NCBI GenBank assembly: GCA_951812955.1
Contig: OX638340.1
Coordinates: forward strand, 832,001 to 896,000
Direction of reading: 5' to 3'
Length of the DNA: 64,000 nt
Source: an uncultured Gemmatimonadota bacterium
GTDB taxonomy: Bacteria > JAAXHH01
The translations under genes and the position numbers were made by a program. This document shows positions 9,568-20,093 of this stretch, in pieces. Position 1 is the first letter of the stretch. Every line of letters begins with the position of its first letter. Below the pieces are notes generated by a model that saw nothing but the letters and a program-made list of their open reading frames with translations, did not search any database and was not told the DNA's origin.

Positions 9568-10206
9568 TCAGGGCGACAACCGTTCATTCACCCATTTCCC
9601 GCCCGCGTCTTGCTTGTAGCGAATACGGTCATGCAGACGTAGTTCCCGTCCCTGCCAGAATTCGAACTCATCGGGCGAAACGCGGAACCCGCCCCAGTTG
9701 TCGGGACAGGGGACGTCACCGGTCGGGTATGCCGATTCAAGCGCCTCGTACCGTTCCTCGAGGATCCTTCGATCGGCTATGACCTCGCTTTGGCTCGAGG
9801 CCAGGGCCGCCAGGCGGCTTTCCAGGGGTCTCGAATTGAAATAGCGGGCGGATTCTTCCATAGATATCCTGCGAACCGCACCCGTAATCCGGATCTGCCT
9901 CCCGAGTTCACGCCAGTAAAACACCAGCGCGGCCCTGGGATTCTCGTCCAGGTCCCGGCTCTTCGGACTTCTGTAATCCGTGTAGAATACGAATCCACGT
10001 TCATCGACACCCCGCAGAACGACCATCCTGGCAGATGGGGAGCCGGTCGGTGACGCCGTCGCGACCGTCATCACGTCCGCCAGTTCGATCCCCGCATCGA
10101 CCGCGTTCCTGAACCACTCGTCGAACTGCCTGAACGGGTTATCATCCAGGTCCTGCTCATTCAGACTGTCGAATACGTATTCCCTGCGAAGCGCGTCCAG
10201 ATCCAT
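9568..10206 (-). CDS. pdxH: Pyridoxamine 5'-phosphate oxidase
   Basis: C-terminal signature ...FEFWQGRELRLHDRIRY. Start taken at MDLDALRREY... Confidence 0.8.
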   Translation of the reverse strand: MDLDALRREYVFDSLNEQDLDDNPFRQFDEWFRNAVDAGIELADVMTVATASPTGSPSARMVVLRGVDERGFVFYTDYRSPKSRDLDENPRAALVFYWRELGRQIRITGAVRRISMEESARYFNSRPLESRLAALASSQSEVIADRRILEERYEALESAYPTGDVPCPDNWGGFRVSPDEFEFWQGRELRLHDRIRYKQDAGGKWVNERLSP

Positions 10207-10325
10207 AGATGGCCTTTCCTGCCCGTTTCTTCTTCCCAGTCCGTTTTGACTCGCGTGCCCGAGGCTGGCCAACCGCGACCTGCTCTCCGCATTTATCGCG
10301 CGGCATCAGACGCCATGCACGACAA

Positions 10326-10730
10326 CTACCGCCACACGGCGAGAATCGCACCCATCAGCACACTGTAGAGCGCACGATACCCTGACTGGATCAACCACAG
10401 GGTCAGCCCCGTGTCGCCGAAGGCGCTGTCCGACGCCATCGCCGTGGCAATGAAGCCGATGCCCACGAGGAGCCCAATCACCACGCCGCCGCCCAGTGTC
10501 GATATGTTCAGGGCATTGATGAGAAGCGCTAGTACGACCGCCGTGATCAGGGAAGTAAAGAAACTGATAATGAACGGGGTGGGTGAAGGCTGTATCTGAT
10601 CCGCCGTTTTTCCCAACGCGGCCAGCCAGGTGTCGCCGAAAAGCGGGCCGTACCAGATCCCGCCGAGTGCAAATCCAGCCACCGTGGCCACGAGTATGGC
10701 CAGCCAGTTCAGTCCGGTAAACTCTAGCAT
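10326..10730 (-). CDS. DUF1761-family small membrane protein
   Basis: Four TM helices and a WYGPLFG motif near the N-terminus. Confidence 0.45.
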   Translation of the reverse strand: MLEFTGLNWLAILVATVAGFALGGIWYGPLFGDTWLAALGKTADQIQPSPTPFIISFFTSLITAVVLALLINALNISTLGGGVVIGLLVGIGFIATAMASDSAFGDTGLTLWLIQSGYRALYSVLMGAILAVWR

Positions 10731-10754
10731 ATTTCCTCCTGAATTAGATTGGGT

Positions 10755-11450
10755 TCATTCTACTTCAACTACATTTTCCTCCACAGGTTCCACAACAGTC
10801 TCTTCCACGGAGACAGAATCGGCCTCGTCCGTCGCAAATTTCTCCTGCCTACCGATCTCATACCGCAGAATGGTGACGTATTCATCGGGATTGCCACTAA
10901 ATATCATGCCGGGGCCCTTCAGGTATTCTTCCTCGTGGGGTCCGGTGAAGGTATATCCCCGCTCTTCAACATAATCCCGCATGCGCTGGATGGAAGGCGT
11001 TTCGTCGTCGTAGGGGCCGATGTATAGCAGTTCCACGACTTCACCGTACGTCCAGGTCTCTAGCGAGGTCTTCATACCGGGAATCGCAGTATGTTCCGGG
11101 AGTTCCGTGGCGGAATCCGGGACCGGGATACCGTAAATGCCGATCCACTCATCCTTGGGCCGGTCGGGCGCAACGGTCCAACGGGCCCTCGGAGCGGGAA
11201 GGGGCCACATATCCACTCCACCTGTTCCGTAATACAGCTCATACAGCAGTTCGTACGCGCCCTGTGCCACGACATTCGGATCGCCCCTGACCTCGACCAC
11301 AATCATCTTCTGGGGCGGCTTGGTCGAAATCGCAGGTTCAATCAGATAGTCGTATCTTGTGAGATCGGGTCCCTTCCACATGTAGTAGACCATCACGCTT
11401 ACGACGGCCAGCACGAAGACGCCAAAGACCAGCATCAGTTTTTTAATCAT
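10755..11450 (-). CDS. Membrane-anchored GyrI-like small-molecule-binding domain protein
   Basis: N-terminal TM helix, then a GyrI-like pattern (...GPHEEEYLKGPGMIF...NPDEYVTILRYEI). Confidence 0.45.
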   Translation of the reverse strand: MIKKLMLVFGVFVLAVVSVMVYYMWKGPDLTRYDYLIEPAISTKPPQKMIVVEVRGDPNVVAQGAYELLYELYYGTGGVDMWPLPAPRARWTVAPDRPKDEWIGIYGIPVPDSATELPEHTAIPGMKTSLETWTYGEVVELLYIGPYDDETPSIQRMRDYVEERGYTFTGPHEEEYLKGPGMIFSGNPDEYVTILRYEIGRQEKFATDEADSVSVEETVVEPVEENVVEVE

Positions 11451-11504
11451 TTCGCCGCCTTCCCGATGTAGCAACCCGTCAACTGTCCATCACGGTTTTG
11501 TCGA

Positions 11505-12674
11505 TCAGGGTTCTATTGATGAAATACCATGGTGTATCGCGCGACGTCCGTAACGGTCCCGTATGGTATCCAGCGCGCGCACGAGACGATCCGACTTCTC
11601 GTGGCCGCTCTTGAATAGATCGGTTTGAATGGGCTCCTCCGGCCTGACCAGGTTACCGACGGCCAGGCCGAGCAGCCGAATACCCTTCTTGCCGTCCCAT
11701 ACCGCATCAAACAGTTCCACGGCCGCTTTGCCAATTACGAAATCGTTATCCATCGGCGCCACGGCCGTCTGCCTCGTCAGCGTCTTGAAATCTCCGTAAC
11801 GGACCTTGATCCGGACCGTTCTGCCCTGGCGTCCCGCCTTACGAAGACGGCGACCCACCTTGCCGCTCTGGTCCACCAGGACGCCGTGGCATGCCTCCCG
11901 GTCCAAAAGGTCCGTACCAAACGTATTCTCGTGACCGACCGACTTCGCCGGATTGCCGGAGACCACGGGCCGGTCGTCCTGACCACGGGAGATGTTCGCA
12001 AAATGAGCGCCGGCAGCATTACCGATCAATCGCTGCAGTTCCTCCGATGGTCGTTTCTGAACATCCCCAATCGTACTGAAACCCAGACGTACCAGACGAT
12101 CCTGCATGTCCTTGCCCGCGCCCCAGAGACATGAAACGGGCAGCGGTGCCAGGAAATCCACTATGCTATCCGGCGGAACGATCACCAGTCCATCGGGCTT
12201 GTCCAGGTCGGAAGCCACTTTCGCCACATACTTGCACGGCGCGACGCCGACGGATATGGTGAGACGCGTTTCATTCAGCACGTCCGTCTTGATTGATCGG
12301 GCGATCGCTTCGCCGTCGCCGAAGAGCTGCGATGAACCCGTGACATCCATGAATGCTTCGTCAAGCGACAAAGGCTCGACGAGCGGTGTATACCGGTTGA
12401 AAACGTCATGGATCTGCCGTGAAACCTCGCCGTAAGCCTTCGATCTGACGGGCAGAAAGATACCGTGTGGACATAGTTTCCTGGCCGTCGAGCCCGGCAT
12501 GGCCGAGTGGACACCGAACTTGCGAGCTTCGTACGAACAGGTCGACACGACAGACCGTGGTCCATCACCACCGACGATGACCGGTCTTCCGCGCAATTCC
12601 GGCCGGTCCCGCTGCTCGACGGCCGCGAAGAAGGCGTCCATATCCGCGTGTAGGATGGTGCGTATGCGATTCAC
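11505..12674 (-). CDS. dinB: DNA polymerase IV
   Basis: N-terminus ...ILHADMDAFFAAVEQRDRPELRGRPVIVGG... and Y-family polymerase architecture. GTG start. Confidence 0.9.
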   Translation of the reverse strand: MNRIRTILHADMDAFFAAVEQRDRPELRGRPVIVGGDGPRSVVSTCSYEARKFGVHSAMPGSTARKLCPHGIFLPVRSKAYGEVSRQIHDVFNRYTPLVEPLSLDEAFMDVTGSSQLFGDGEAIARSIKTDVLNETRLTISVGVAPCKYVAKVASDLDKPDGLVIVPPDSIVDFLAPLPVSCLWGAGKDMQDRLVRLGFSTIGDVQKRPSEELQRLIGNAAGAHFANISRGQDDRPVVSGNPAKSVGHENTFGTDLLDREACHGVLVDQSGKVGRRLRKAGRQGRTVRIKVRYGDFKTLTRQTAVAPMDNDFVIGKAAVELFDAVWDGKKGIRLLGLAVGNLVRPEEPIQTDLFKSGHEKSDRLVRALDTIRDRYGRRAIHHGISSIEP

Positions 12675-12807
12675 GATAGCCAGGCAGGCAAACGATGGAA
12701 AAGTGAATACATTGACCAGTAACTATACAACCAATTAAACTATACCTACTGCCGGCGTACAAGTGCTTTGTTGACCTGGTAAACTGACCACCGGGAGGGA
12801 GAAAACA

Positions 12808-13419
12808 ATGACCGACAAGGCCGATCTCAACAAGTTACTGATAGATTCCGTGGAGCATGGTGACCCGGTGACAGTATCCAGGGCGGTTGAAATGGGAGCC
12901 GATCCATCCTGCATTACTCCTGCACACATACCGCCTCAGCGGGAAACCGAGGAGCATTTCGAGATCATGCGATACCTGTTCTCCGTGGGTACTGACGTCA
13001 ATTTCGCCGGGCTCGACGAGGGCATCCTCATGACCTTTTCCGCTTACCGCGGACAATTGCGATACCTGCGCCTGTACCTCGAAGTCGGCGCGGATATCAA
13101 CCTCGCCCAGCCCATGAACGGCGTCACGGGACTGCACGTGGCGGTCCAGCATAATCTGCCGGACGTCGTACGATTCTTCCTCGAAAACGACGCCATCGTC
13201 GATCAGGCCTGCCACGATGACGCGCCGACAACCGATCCCGGTCACGTATTTGGAGAAACAGCCCTGCATTTCGCCGCAGCAGGCGCCGACAGGGAAATTG
13301 TTGAAATGCTCCTGGCCTTCGGAGCGGACCGCGCTTCGAAATCTTCCAGGGGAGAAACACCGCTGGACTACGCGGTTCGCAACAGCCGGTCTCCGGACGT
13401 GCTGCGTTTACTCAAGTAG
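12808..13419 (+). CDS. Ankyrin-repeat protein (paralog of 1841..2452)
   Basis: ATG preceded by GGGAGGGAG. Same ANK architecture as the 1841 gene. Confidence 0.8.
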   Translation: MTDKADLNKLLIDSVEHGDPVTVSRAVEMGADPSCITPAHIPPQRETEEHFEIMRYLFSVGTDVNFAGLDEGILMTFSAYRGQLRYLRLYLEVGADINLAQPMNGVTGLHVAVQHNLPDVVRFFLENDAIVDQACHDDAPTTDPGHVFGETALHFAAAGADREIVEMLLAFGADRASKSSRGETPLDYAVRNSRSPDVLRLLK

Positions 13420-13443
13420 GTTGCCACTTCCACAAATGCTGCC

Positions 13444-14490
13444 TCACAGGATGCCAGCCTGCAACCGGCGCGGCATACGAAAGTCAAGCAGCGCCTGTTG
13501 AAACCCTGGTGTCGGAACAGGGTCGCCCTCGATCCTGAAAGCCCAGCCATCCGAGTTTTCGACCGGTTTCTCGTAGAGACCGGACAGCACGCCTGCCATG
13601 CTCTCCGATTCGTCGATCGAGGACCGGATGGGGAACACCTCGCCGGAGCGCTTCCTCGTCTTTTTTGACAATTCGATCAAATACCTCGTAAGCGACACGC
13701 GATATCCTGTCCCGTCACGCTCGACTTGAACCAAGTGGCCCCGATCCACGCATTCCCTGCGAATCACGTCCCACGGTATCGTTACCCGCGGATTCAAAAC
13801 GCGGTAACGCAGATCCGGCGTCCATTCCAGTGCCACCGCGATGACGGGCAGCCTGTCCTCCACATCGCAGAACGCGCTGCTGAACGCGAGATCCGTGTGG
13901 TAATCCGGAAGAAACCGATTTGCGTTTCCATGGTGAATGAGAAACAGCAGCGCACTTCTTTGTCCTTCCCTGTTCATTCGAGCCAGCGAAAGCAGATGCC
14001 GTCGCCCCCGTTCCGTGACCGCGTCGGGAAACATGGCGATACCATTCGCGGAAAGGGTACAGGACTTGACTTCCAGGTACAGGTCTCCTTCGCCATCCCG
14101 TAACAGCATGTCGAACCGGTGGTCGCCAACGGTCACCTCCGTCCGTTCAACACTGAAGTCCCTCAAACCGGGAATCGCCCGGGCATCGATCAGGCGCTGC
14201 GACGCGACGTTGTTCAGATGGGTGTGGAGGAACACAATGTGATCCTGGTACTTTACGGCCATCACCGTATACCGCGTATTGCGGTAGTCCAGTCGGCCGT
14301 GATCTGCCAAGATCAGTTTCACTCCCGGAAGAAGCAGTTCTTTCATTCTGCCGGGATTTGGCATGAAAACATTCGTCTCCCGGCCGTCTATCATGCAGTG
14401 AACGCAGAATCGGTTGGGACGGGTGAGAAAAGTCCCCTCGACCAGTGGACGGGAAGTGATGGGCGAGTAAAAACCGGTCATGTCGGTCAT
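13444..14490 (-). CDS. sfsA: Sugar fermentation stimulation protein SfsA homolog with a C-terminal extension of about 110 aa
   Basis: Matches SfsA motifs (RPNRF, NPGRMKELL, YLEVKSCTL, FPDAVTERGRRHL). It carries an extra C-terminal region compared with the ~235-aa E. coli SfsA. Confidence 0.75.
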   Translation of the reverse strand: MTDMTGFYSPITSRPLVEGTFLTRPNRFCVHCMIDGRETNVFMPNPGRMKELLLPGVKLILADHGRLDYRNTRYTVMAVKYQDHIVFLHTHLNNVASQRLIDARAIPGLRDFSVERTEVTVGDHRFDMLLRDGEGDLYLEVKSCTLSANGIAMFPDAVTERGRRHLLSLARMNREGQRSALLFLIHHGNANRFLPDYHTDLAFSSAFCDVEDRLPVIAVALEWTPDLRYRVLNPRVTIPWDVIRRECVDRGHLVQVERDGTGYRVSLTRYLIELSKKTRKRSGEVFPIRSSIDESESMAGVLSGLYEKPVENSDGWAFRIEGDPVPTPGFQQALLDFRMPRRLQAGIL

Positions 14491-14567
14491 TCTGGCTCAG
14501 ATCGACCCGATAGAGAGATAGGGTGCGGGTATAAGGTCGCGGAAAAGGGTGCGGTTGCGAATACCGA

Positions 14568-15650
14568 TCAGTCGGACAAAAGTTCCTGCAACCGATTGAT
14601 TACCAGGTCTACCTCTCCCGGTTGCAGCGTACCGAGTTTCACCCGGAAACGGCTGTTCCTGCACCAGGTTACGATGGAAGGTTCACCGTCAAGCAACAGC
14701 CTTTCGAATTCCAGGTCGGAACATCCAATCCGCTCGAGGTCGATTTCTACGGAGACCACGTCGCCGCTTCGCTTGACCGAGTTTACCAGGGAGGATGAGG
14801 CCAGCCCCTTTCGGATCGCCAGGCCCATGCGGTTGTATTCCCTGCGGACCGCGTCCTCGTCCCTTTCCATGATGTACTTTACCGCTGCGTAGATGCCGGC
14901 CAGCTCTTCCTTTCCTACCTTCATGGTTCGGCCAATGGCCCGGTTGGGATTGCCGTGGGCGGCACATCCCTCGATGATGGACCGCTTGCCGATTACGAGT
15001 CCGGTGGTCTGTGGGCCGCGAATCGCCTTTCCGCCGCTGGCGATTATGGCATCCACTCCCAGTTCACGGGTGAAATACCGGAAATTCGCTTTCGGAGGTA
15101 TACTGAAGGCCGCGTCAACGAGAACGGGTACGTTATGCCCGTGGGCGATGTCGACGATACGGTCAATGGGCAGCATGCGACCCCAGGGAGACAGCGTCAG
15201 CACGGCAGCCGTTCGTTCGTTGATACAAGCCGCAAGTTGTTCCTCCGTGGCGCCGCGCTCGTCTCCCATTTCCACGATCACCGCGCCGGGGGACTGGATG
15301 GCGATGTCCTCGTAAAACCGCGCGCAGCGGTGCACGATGACCTCGTTCTTCATGCCGGACGTATCGGGCAGTCTTTCGATCTTTTCCGGGTCCGTTCCGG
15401 CCATGCAGGCGGCGACCGCCAGCGCGATCCCACCCGCGGCACCGCAGCTCACGTACGCGGCCTCGTTTCCGGTCATTTCGGCAATGGCCTTGCCGACACG
15501 TGTCTGCATCTCGTGCAGGTTGACGTACTGGCGGGACGCTTCGACCATGGCTTCCACCGCGCAGGGCCACATGATCGATCCGCCGAACCGCGTGTAGTTG
15601 TCGGCGGCGTTTATGAAAGGGCGGACGCCCAGTTCCTCGTAAACATCCAT
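14568..15650 (-). CDS. SelA-like (PF03841-type) PLP-dependent enzyme
   Basis: The 360-aa fold-type-I PLP enzyme pattern resembles SelA/DgaE-like proteins, but it lacks the long N-terminal domain of canonical SelA. Confidence 0.45.
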   Translation of the reverse strand: MDVYEELGVRPFINAADNYTRFGGSIMWPCAVEAMVEASRQYVNLHEMQTRVGKAIAEMTGNEAAYVSCGAAGGIALAVAACMAGTDPEKIERLPDTSGMKNEVIVHRCARFYEDIAIQSPGAVIVEMGDERGATEEQLAACINERTAAVLTLSPWGRMLPIDRIVDIAHGHNVPVLVDAAFSIPPKANFRYFTRELGVDAIIASGGKAIRGPQTTGLVIGKRSIIEGCAAHGNPNRAIGRTMKVGKEELAGIYAAVKYIMERDEDAVRREYNRMGLAIRKGLASSSLVNSVKRSGDVVSVEIDLERIGCSDLEFERLLLDGEPSIVTWCRNSRFRVKLGTLQPGEVDLVINRLQELLSD

Positions 15651-15829
15651 GCAAGCTCCCTTAACACTTTTTTTGCATCGAGCTTATGATACAGTGCGGT
15701 TCGACTGGTTTCAGACTTTGAAAACCAACGTACTCCACACAGGAAAGACGGACAAGCCCAAACTCCTGCGTGGATTCTCTTTGCCAGCTTGCCAGGTGAT
15801 AGATAGGTTTTATAGCGTCAGGATAACAA

Positions 15830-16957
15830 ATGTGGAGGGGTATGAACCACGACGCATTGCAGGTATCAAGGCAAGCCGATGGCAGATGGAGGCTTCATCT
15901 CGACCGGAATGGAGAGGAGCTCTGTCGGATCGTACTGGTCAGGGAAATCCTGCGCATCGGACGATCTCGGATAACGGCCGGTGGGGTAGCGGGACTCTAT
16001 ACACCACCTGATCGTCGCATGGAAGGACATGCTCGAGAGTTGATGGCGGCGTCCCATGATTTCCTGCGGGAAAAAGACTGCTCCATTTCCTTGATGAATG
16101 CCATCCCCGGTTTCTACCACCACTTCGGTTACGACGTGGTGTTTCCGGTGTATAGACTCTTTGTAGATACGGATACGCTGCTTCAAAACCGCAGGCAACA
16201 CAGCGTGCGACGGGCTCGCAAGATTGACCAGCCTGTGCTGGTGAGGCTTTATAACGCGTGTAATCGGTACCGTACAGGCACCCTGGTTCGTAGTGCGGAC
16301 TGGCGCTTCGACGGGCTCGTCAACTATGGCCGCCCGCCGGGGGTCTTGTTGATGACGGAGGACAGTCGGAGCCGGGTGACGGGATACACCCTGTGCAGGC
16401 CCCGGGGTGACCGGTATTTCGTACAGGAGCTCAATGGCCGTACACAAGAAGCTTTCGAGTCGCTGGCCCACGCAATTGGAACGCGTGCTCGCCGGGCCGG
16501 ATTCAAGCGGGTCCACTTCAGGATGCCGCTTGACCATCCATTCGGCGTGTTTTGCAGTCGGCTGGGTTGCGAGTGGGAGATCCAGTACCACGTAAACGCG
16601 GAGGACATGGGGCGCGTGCTCGATCTGCCACGATTCCTGTCGGAATTGCGTGCGGAACTAGGCTTCAGGCTACGTAATTCATTGTGCACCGCAGACACCA
16701 GTCTCTGGTTTCACACCGAGTCCGGAGGAGCAGGACTGAAGATCGAGCGTGGCAGTATACGTCGAATCAAGCATCCTGGCCCTGACGCTCAGGAAATAAC
16801 CATCCCGCAGACCGCCCTGCTGCAACTGGCATTGGGTTTTCGCTCGGTATCCGAGGTGGCAGGTACGGCAGACGTGCGAATGCCCCGCTCCGTAAAACCC
16901 GTGATGGAGGTTCTTTTTCCGCAAACACCCGTGACCATGCCCATGATCGGAGTATAG
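15830..16957 (+). CDS. GNAT-family acetyltransferase-like protein (Eis-like architecture possible)
   Basis: The N-terminal region has GNAT motif-A-like DRRMEGHARELM...FYHHFGY. The long C-terminal region is of unknown function. Confidence 0.35.
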   Translation: MWRGMNHDALQVSRQADGRWRLHLDRNGEELCRIVLVREILRIGRSRITAGGVAGLYTPPDRRMEGHARELMAASHDFLREKDCSISLMNAIPGFYHHFGYDVVFPVYRLFVDTDTLLQNRRQHSVRRARKIDQPVLVRLYNACNRYRTGTLVRSADWRFDGLVNYGRPPGVLLMTEDSRSRVTGYTLCRPRGDRYFVQELNGRTQEAFESLAHAIGTRARRAGFKRVHFRMPLDHPFGVFCSRLGCEWEIQYHVNAEDMGRVLDLPRFLSELRAELGFRLRNSLCTADTSLWFHTESGGAGLKIERGSIRRIKHPGPDAQEITIPQTALLQLALGFRSVSEVAGTADVRMPRSVKPVMEVLFPQTPVTMPMIGV

Positions 16958-17014
16958 GGACTGCTGTGCGAGGGTGTTCTCTATCTTCTTCACAACAATC
17001 AATGGGGGAACGCG

Positions 17015-17425
17015 ATGGGTAAAACGATCAGAGTCATCCTTGCAGTTTTGGCAGGCATGGCGGTTGGCAGCGCGGTAAATATGGGTCTGATTCTGTTGAG
17101 CCCCATGGTCATTCCGCCTCCGCCCGGCGTCGATGTGACCGATATGGACTCCCTGGCGTCGTCCATGCACCTGTTCCAGTTCAAGCATTTTATCTTTCCC
17201 TTTCTGGCCCATGCACTCGGTACCCTGGCTGGTGCATATCTGGCCGTGACGATCGCTTCAGGATACAGACTTAAAATATCCATGCTCATTGGATCGTTGT
17301 TCCTGCTCGGTGGAATCGCCAATGCCATGATGCTACCCGCGCCGGGGTGGTTTATAGGGGTGGACCTGATCGGCGCTTATTTGCCCATGGCCTGGATCGG
17401 TGGTCGATTGACCGGCAAGGACTAA
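17015..17425 (+). CDS. Hypothetical small membrane protein
   Basis: Four predicted TM segments and no recognisable motif. Confidence 0.4.
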   Translation: MGKTIRVILAVLAGMAVGSAVNMGLILLSPMVIPPPPGVDVTDMDSLASSMHLFQFKHFIFPFLAHALGTLAGAYLAVTIASGYRLKISMLIGSLFLLGGIANAMMLPAPGWFIGVDLIGAYLPMAWIGGRLTGKD

Positions 17426-17452
17426 TGCGCGAGGCGAAGGTCTTAAGACGAT

Positions 17453-18343
17453 ATGGCGTCCAATACAGGCGAATTCGAATCCTTCCTGGCGATGTTTGAA
17501 CGCGGTGATTTGGAGGCCGCAAGCGCCTATGTAGAAAGCCATCCCCTGCTGGCCGATTACGATGGCATCCAGGCCCACCCTCTACTTCGGGAGTTCGTTC
17601 GCAGGAATTGCGGCCACTGCTACAAATCGTCCCATCGGGCCATCGCAGATCTCCTTATTCCTGATCGGATTCGAGCCTTTCGGAATGACGTGATGGCCGA
17701 CCGGACCGATAACGTCAAGTCACGACTGAACGCGGAACCCAATCTCGTGCATGCAGAGTTTACCGGCGGCCGGGGAATCGCCCGAGCGATACACCACTGG
17801 CGGTCCATCCCTGTCGGCAAGCTGCTGCTGGACGGCGGGGCCGACGTGAATGCCCTTACGACTGTAGGTTGTGCCGGGGAAACACCCCTCATGATGCAAC
17901 TTCGTTTCGGTACCGTGGAAGGCGTGCGCTTTCTTTTGGCAAACGGCGCGGAAACGAATCTGGGCGGACTCAAGCATTCGCCGAGCACATCGATGGCCGC
18001 GGGGCTCAAGCTGCTGCTTCGGCACGGATGGGACATCAACGAGCGGGTAGGCGGCCGCACCCTGCTGCACCATGACGCCAATCACGGTCACGGTAAGCGC
18101 GTTCAACTGCTGCTGGGGCATGGCGCCGATCCCAACATTAAAGATGCCGAGGGTCGAACCGCGTTGCACCTGGTCAGTGCGAGAGGGGTCGGCGCGGAGA
18201 CGATCCGCGCCCTGGTGGAAGCCGGCGCACTCGTGGATGCCCGTGATGATCAAGATAGAACTCCATTAGACCTGGCCGCTTCGGCCAGGAGCCAGGCAGC
18301 GCTCCGAGCGCTTCAGAAGCTTGGCGCCCCTGGCGCCCGGTGA
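17453..18343 (+). CDS. Ankyrin-repeat protein
   Basis: ANK repeats (GETPLMMQLRFGTVEGVRFLLANGAETN, GRTALHLVSARGVGAETIRALVEAGALVDA). Confidence 0.8.
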   Translation: MASNTGEFESFLAMFERGDLEAASAYVESHPLLADYDGIQAHPLLREFVRRNCGHCYKSSHRAIADLLIPDRIRAFRNDVMADRTDNVKSRLNAEPNLVHAEFTGGRGIARAIHHWRSIPVGKLLLDGGADVNALTTVGCAGETPLMMQLRFGTVEGVRFLLANGAETNLGGLKHSPSTSMAAGLKLLLRHGWDINERVGGRTLLHHDANHGHGKRVQLLLGHGADPNIKDAEGRTALHLVSARGVGAETIRALVEAGALVDARDDQDRTPLDLAASARSQAALRALQKLGAPGAR

Positions 18344-18384
18344 TCGCGCGTACACAGCCCAACTATCGGTTAAGGTAGGATCAG

Positions 18385-20085
18385 GTGTCCCAAAAACACG
18401 CTTTGGAAATCTGTGGAAAATACCCTGAACGCGCAGAACGCATGGCCTTCCCAGGCAAGTTCCTTGGGCGGGTACATCTCGATGCGTGCCGGACCGGTTG
18501 CATGATTTGTCCGGGGCTGGGCCCGGAGCTCGGTCGCCCCTATTATGACGACCGCTGGGGCGACGATACCGACTGGATCGACGGCGAATCCGCCTGGACT
18601 CTGTTCAAAGCAAGCACGGCAGGTGACCTGGAAGTTATCGCAGCACTCCTCGACGAAGACCCGCGTCTCGTGAATGCGATGCACTGGTACACCCAGCCCG
18701 TACACCTGGCCGCCCGGCACGGGCACGCCGAAGCGACGGAGTTGCTTCTCGCTCGGAACGCCGACCCGGGGCTGGTTATTTTCGATTCGACCTGGTCAAG
18801 CCTGCTCGAGAACACACGATCCCGTGGGTTTGAGGACGTAGTGGAAGTGATTTCCGGTGCGATGCGAGATCGATTCGGCTACGATCCCGCGTTCATGGAG
18901 ATAGCCGGGCTGATTGAGAACAGCAACGTTGAAATGGTTAAAACGGCGCTGAATGACAATCCCGAACTCGTTGATCGATCCGACGCGGCAGGAAACAACG
19001 GTCTTCACCTCGGTGTGATAAATGGCCGTAAAAACCTGGTCGAACTGTTTCTCGAACGCGGTCTGCCCATAGATTCACGACGTGCTGACGGGAAAACACC
19101 GCTGACACTGTCTTTCGACACGGGTTTCGGACAACATCCACCGGACCCGAAACTGGGTATAACCGAGAATCTTTTGATGAATGGTGCGGATTACGCCATC
19201 ACGGCAGCCAGTTACCTGGGTGATCATGCCCGGGTTCGTTCGATCCTCGATGAGAATCCATCGGCTGCCGGCCGCGACGCGTCGATGAAGAGCCCCCTGG
19301 CGTACGCGGCTAGAGCGGGGCACGAAGATATTGCCCGGATGCTGCTTGACGCAGGAGTCGATGGCCATGTCGTGGACGAAGCGCTTTTTGAAGCTGTATG
19401 GTGTAAGCACGCGGGTGTTGCTGACCTGTTGCTGGAATACGGAGCCAACCCGAACGTGGAATTGGATTCTTGCGGATATGCCGCGGGTACCGATGAACAC
19501 GCGATACGGGATCTGCTCGTGCGTAATGGCGGGGTGACTCCACCATATTGGGAACTGGGTCAAAACGAACTCCGTCAGCTGGTGGATTGCAGAGCCGCAA
19601 GGGTCCGAGATCCCTACCTGATTGCGAATGTGCTCGAATCCGAGGACGAGAAACTGATCGACAGGTTACTGGATGGTGATCCACTTGCACTCGGCCGCCT
19701 GGAGGAACTTCAATACCTGCCGGGATGGGGTGACCATGCTGTGATTACGCGCAAACTGGTCGCGGCGGGGCTCGATCCGAACCGAAGGACATTCGAAGGC
19801 CAGACCTATCTTCACGTCTGTGCCAGGCAGGGCTGGGAGAAGACGGCTCAGGCATTAATCGAACAAGGTGCTGCGGTAAACGTACTGGATGAGAAGGAAG
19901 GCTGGACACCGCTGGCGATCGCGGTCAAAAACGGCCGGATCGGTATGGTTCGGCTGTTGTTGGAACGCGGCGCGGATCCCTACCTGGCCGATTGGCCATG
20001 GACTCGACCGCTAACGGTTGCAGAGGAGATTGATAACGAAGGAATTACAGAACTTTTACGTCTCTACAAAGGCAATACTGCATAA
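18385..20085 (+). CDS. Ankyrin-repeat protein (566 aa)
   Basis: At least 10 ANK repeats (QPVHLAARHGHAEATELLLARNADP, GWTPLAIAVKNGRIGMVRLLLERGADP). Confidence 0.85.
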   Translation: MSQKHALEICGKYPERAERMAFPGKFLGRVHLDACRTGCMICPGLGPELGRPYYDDRWGDDTDWIDGESAWTLFKASTAGDLEVIAALLDEDPRLVNAMHWYTQPVHLAARHGHAEATELLLARNADPGLVIFDSTWSSLLENTRSRGFEDVVEVISGAMRDRFGYDPAFMEIAGLIENSNVEMVKTALNDNPELVDRSDAAGNNGLHLGVINGRKNLVELFLERGLPIDSRRADGKTPLTLSFDTGFGQHPPDPKLGITENLLMNGADYAITAASYLGDHARVRSILDENPSAAGRDASMKSPLAYAARAGHEDIARMLLDAGVDGHVVDEALFEAVWCKHAGVADLLLEYGANPNVELDSCGYAAGTDEHAIRDLLVRNGGVTPPYWELGQNELRQLVDCRAARVRDPYLIANVLESEDEKLIDRLLDGDPLALGRLEELQYLPGWGDHAVITRKLVAAGLDPNRRTFEGQTYLHVCARQGWEKTAQALIEQGAAVNVLDEKEGWTPLAIAVKNGRIGMVRLLLERGADPYLADWPWTRPLTVAEEIDNEGITELLRLYKGNTA

Positions 20086-20093
20086 CAGCCAAT

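Noticed and set aside
11505-12674. dinB as a marker of a mobile element or integron
   Set aside because: No integrase, transposase or repeats flank it. dinB is a normal chromosomal gene.
14568-15650. Calling this gene selA (L-seryl-tRNA(Sec) selenium transferase)
   Set aside because: At 360 aa it lacks the N-terminal domain of about 100 aa found in canonical SelA. Only family-level SelA-like assignment is supportable.
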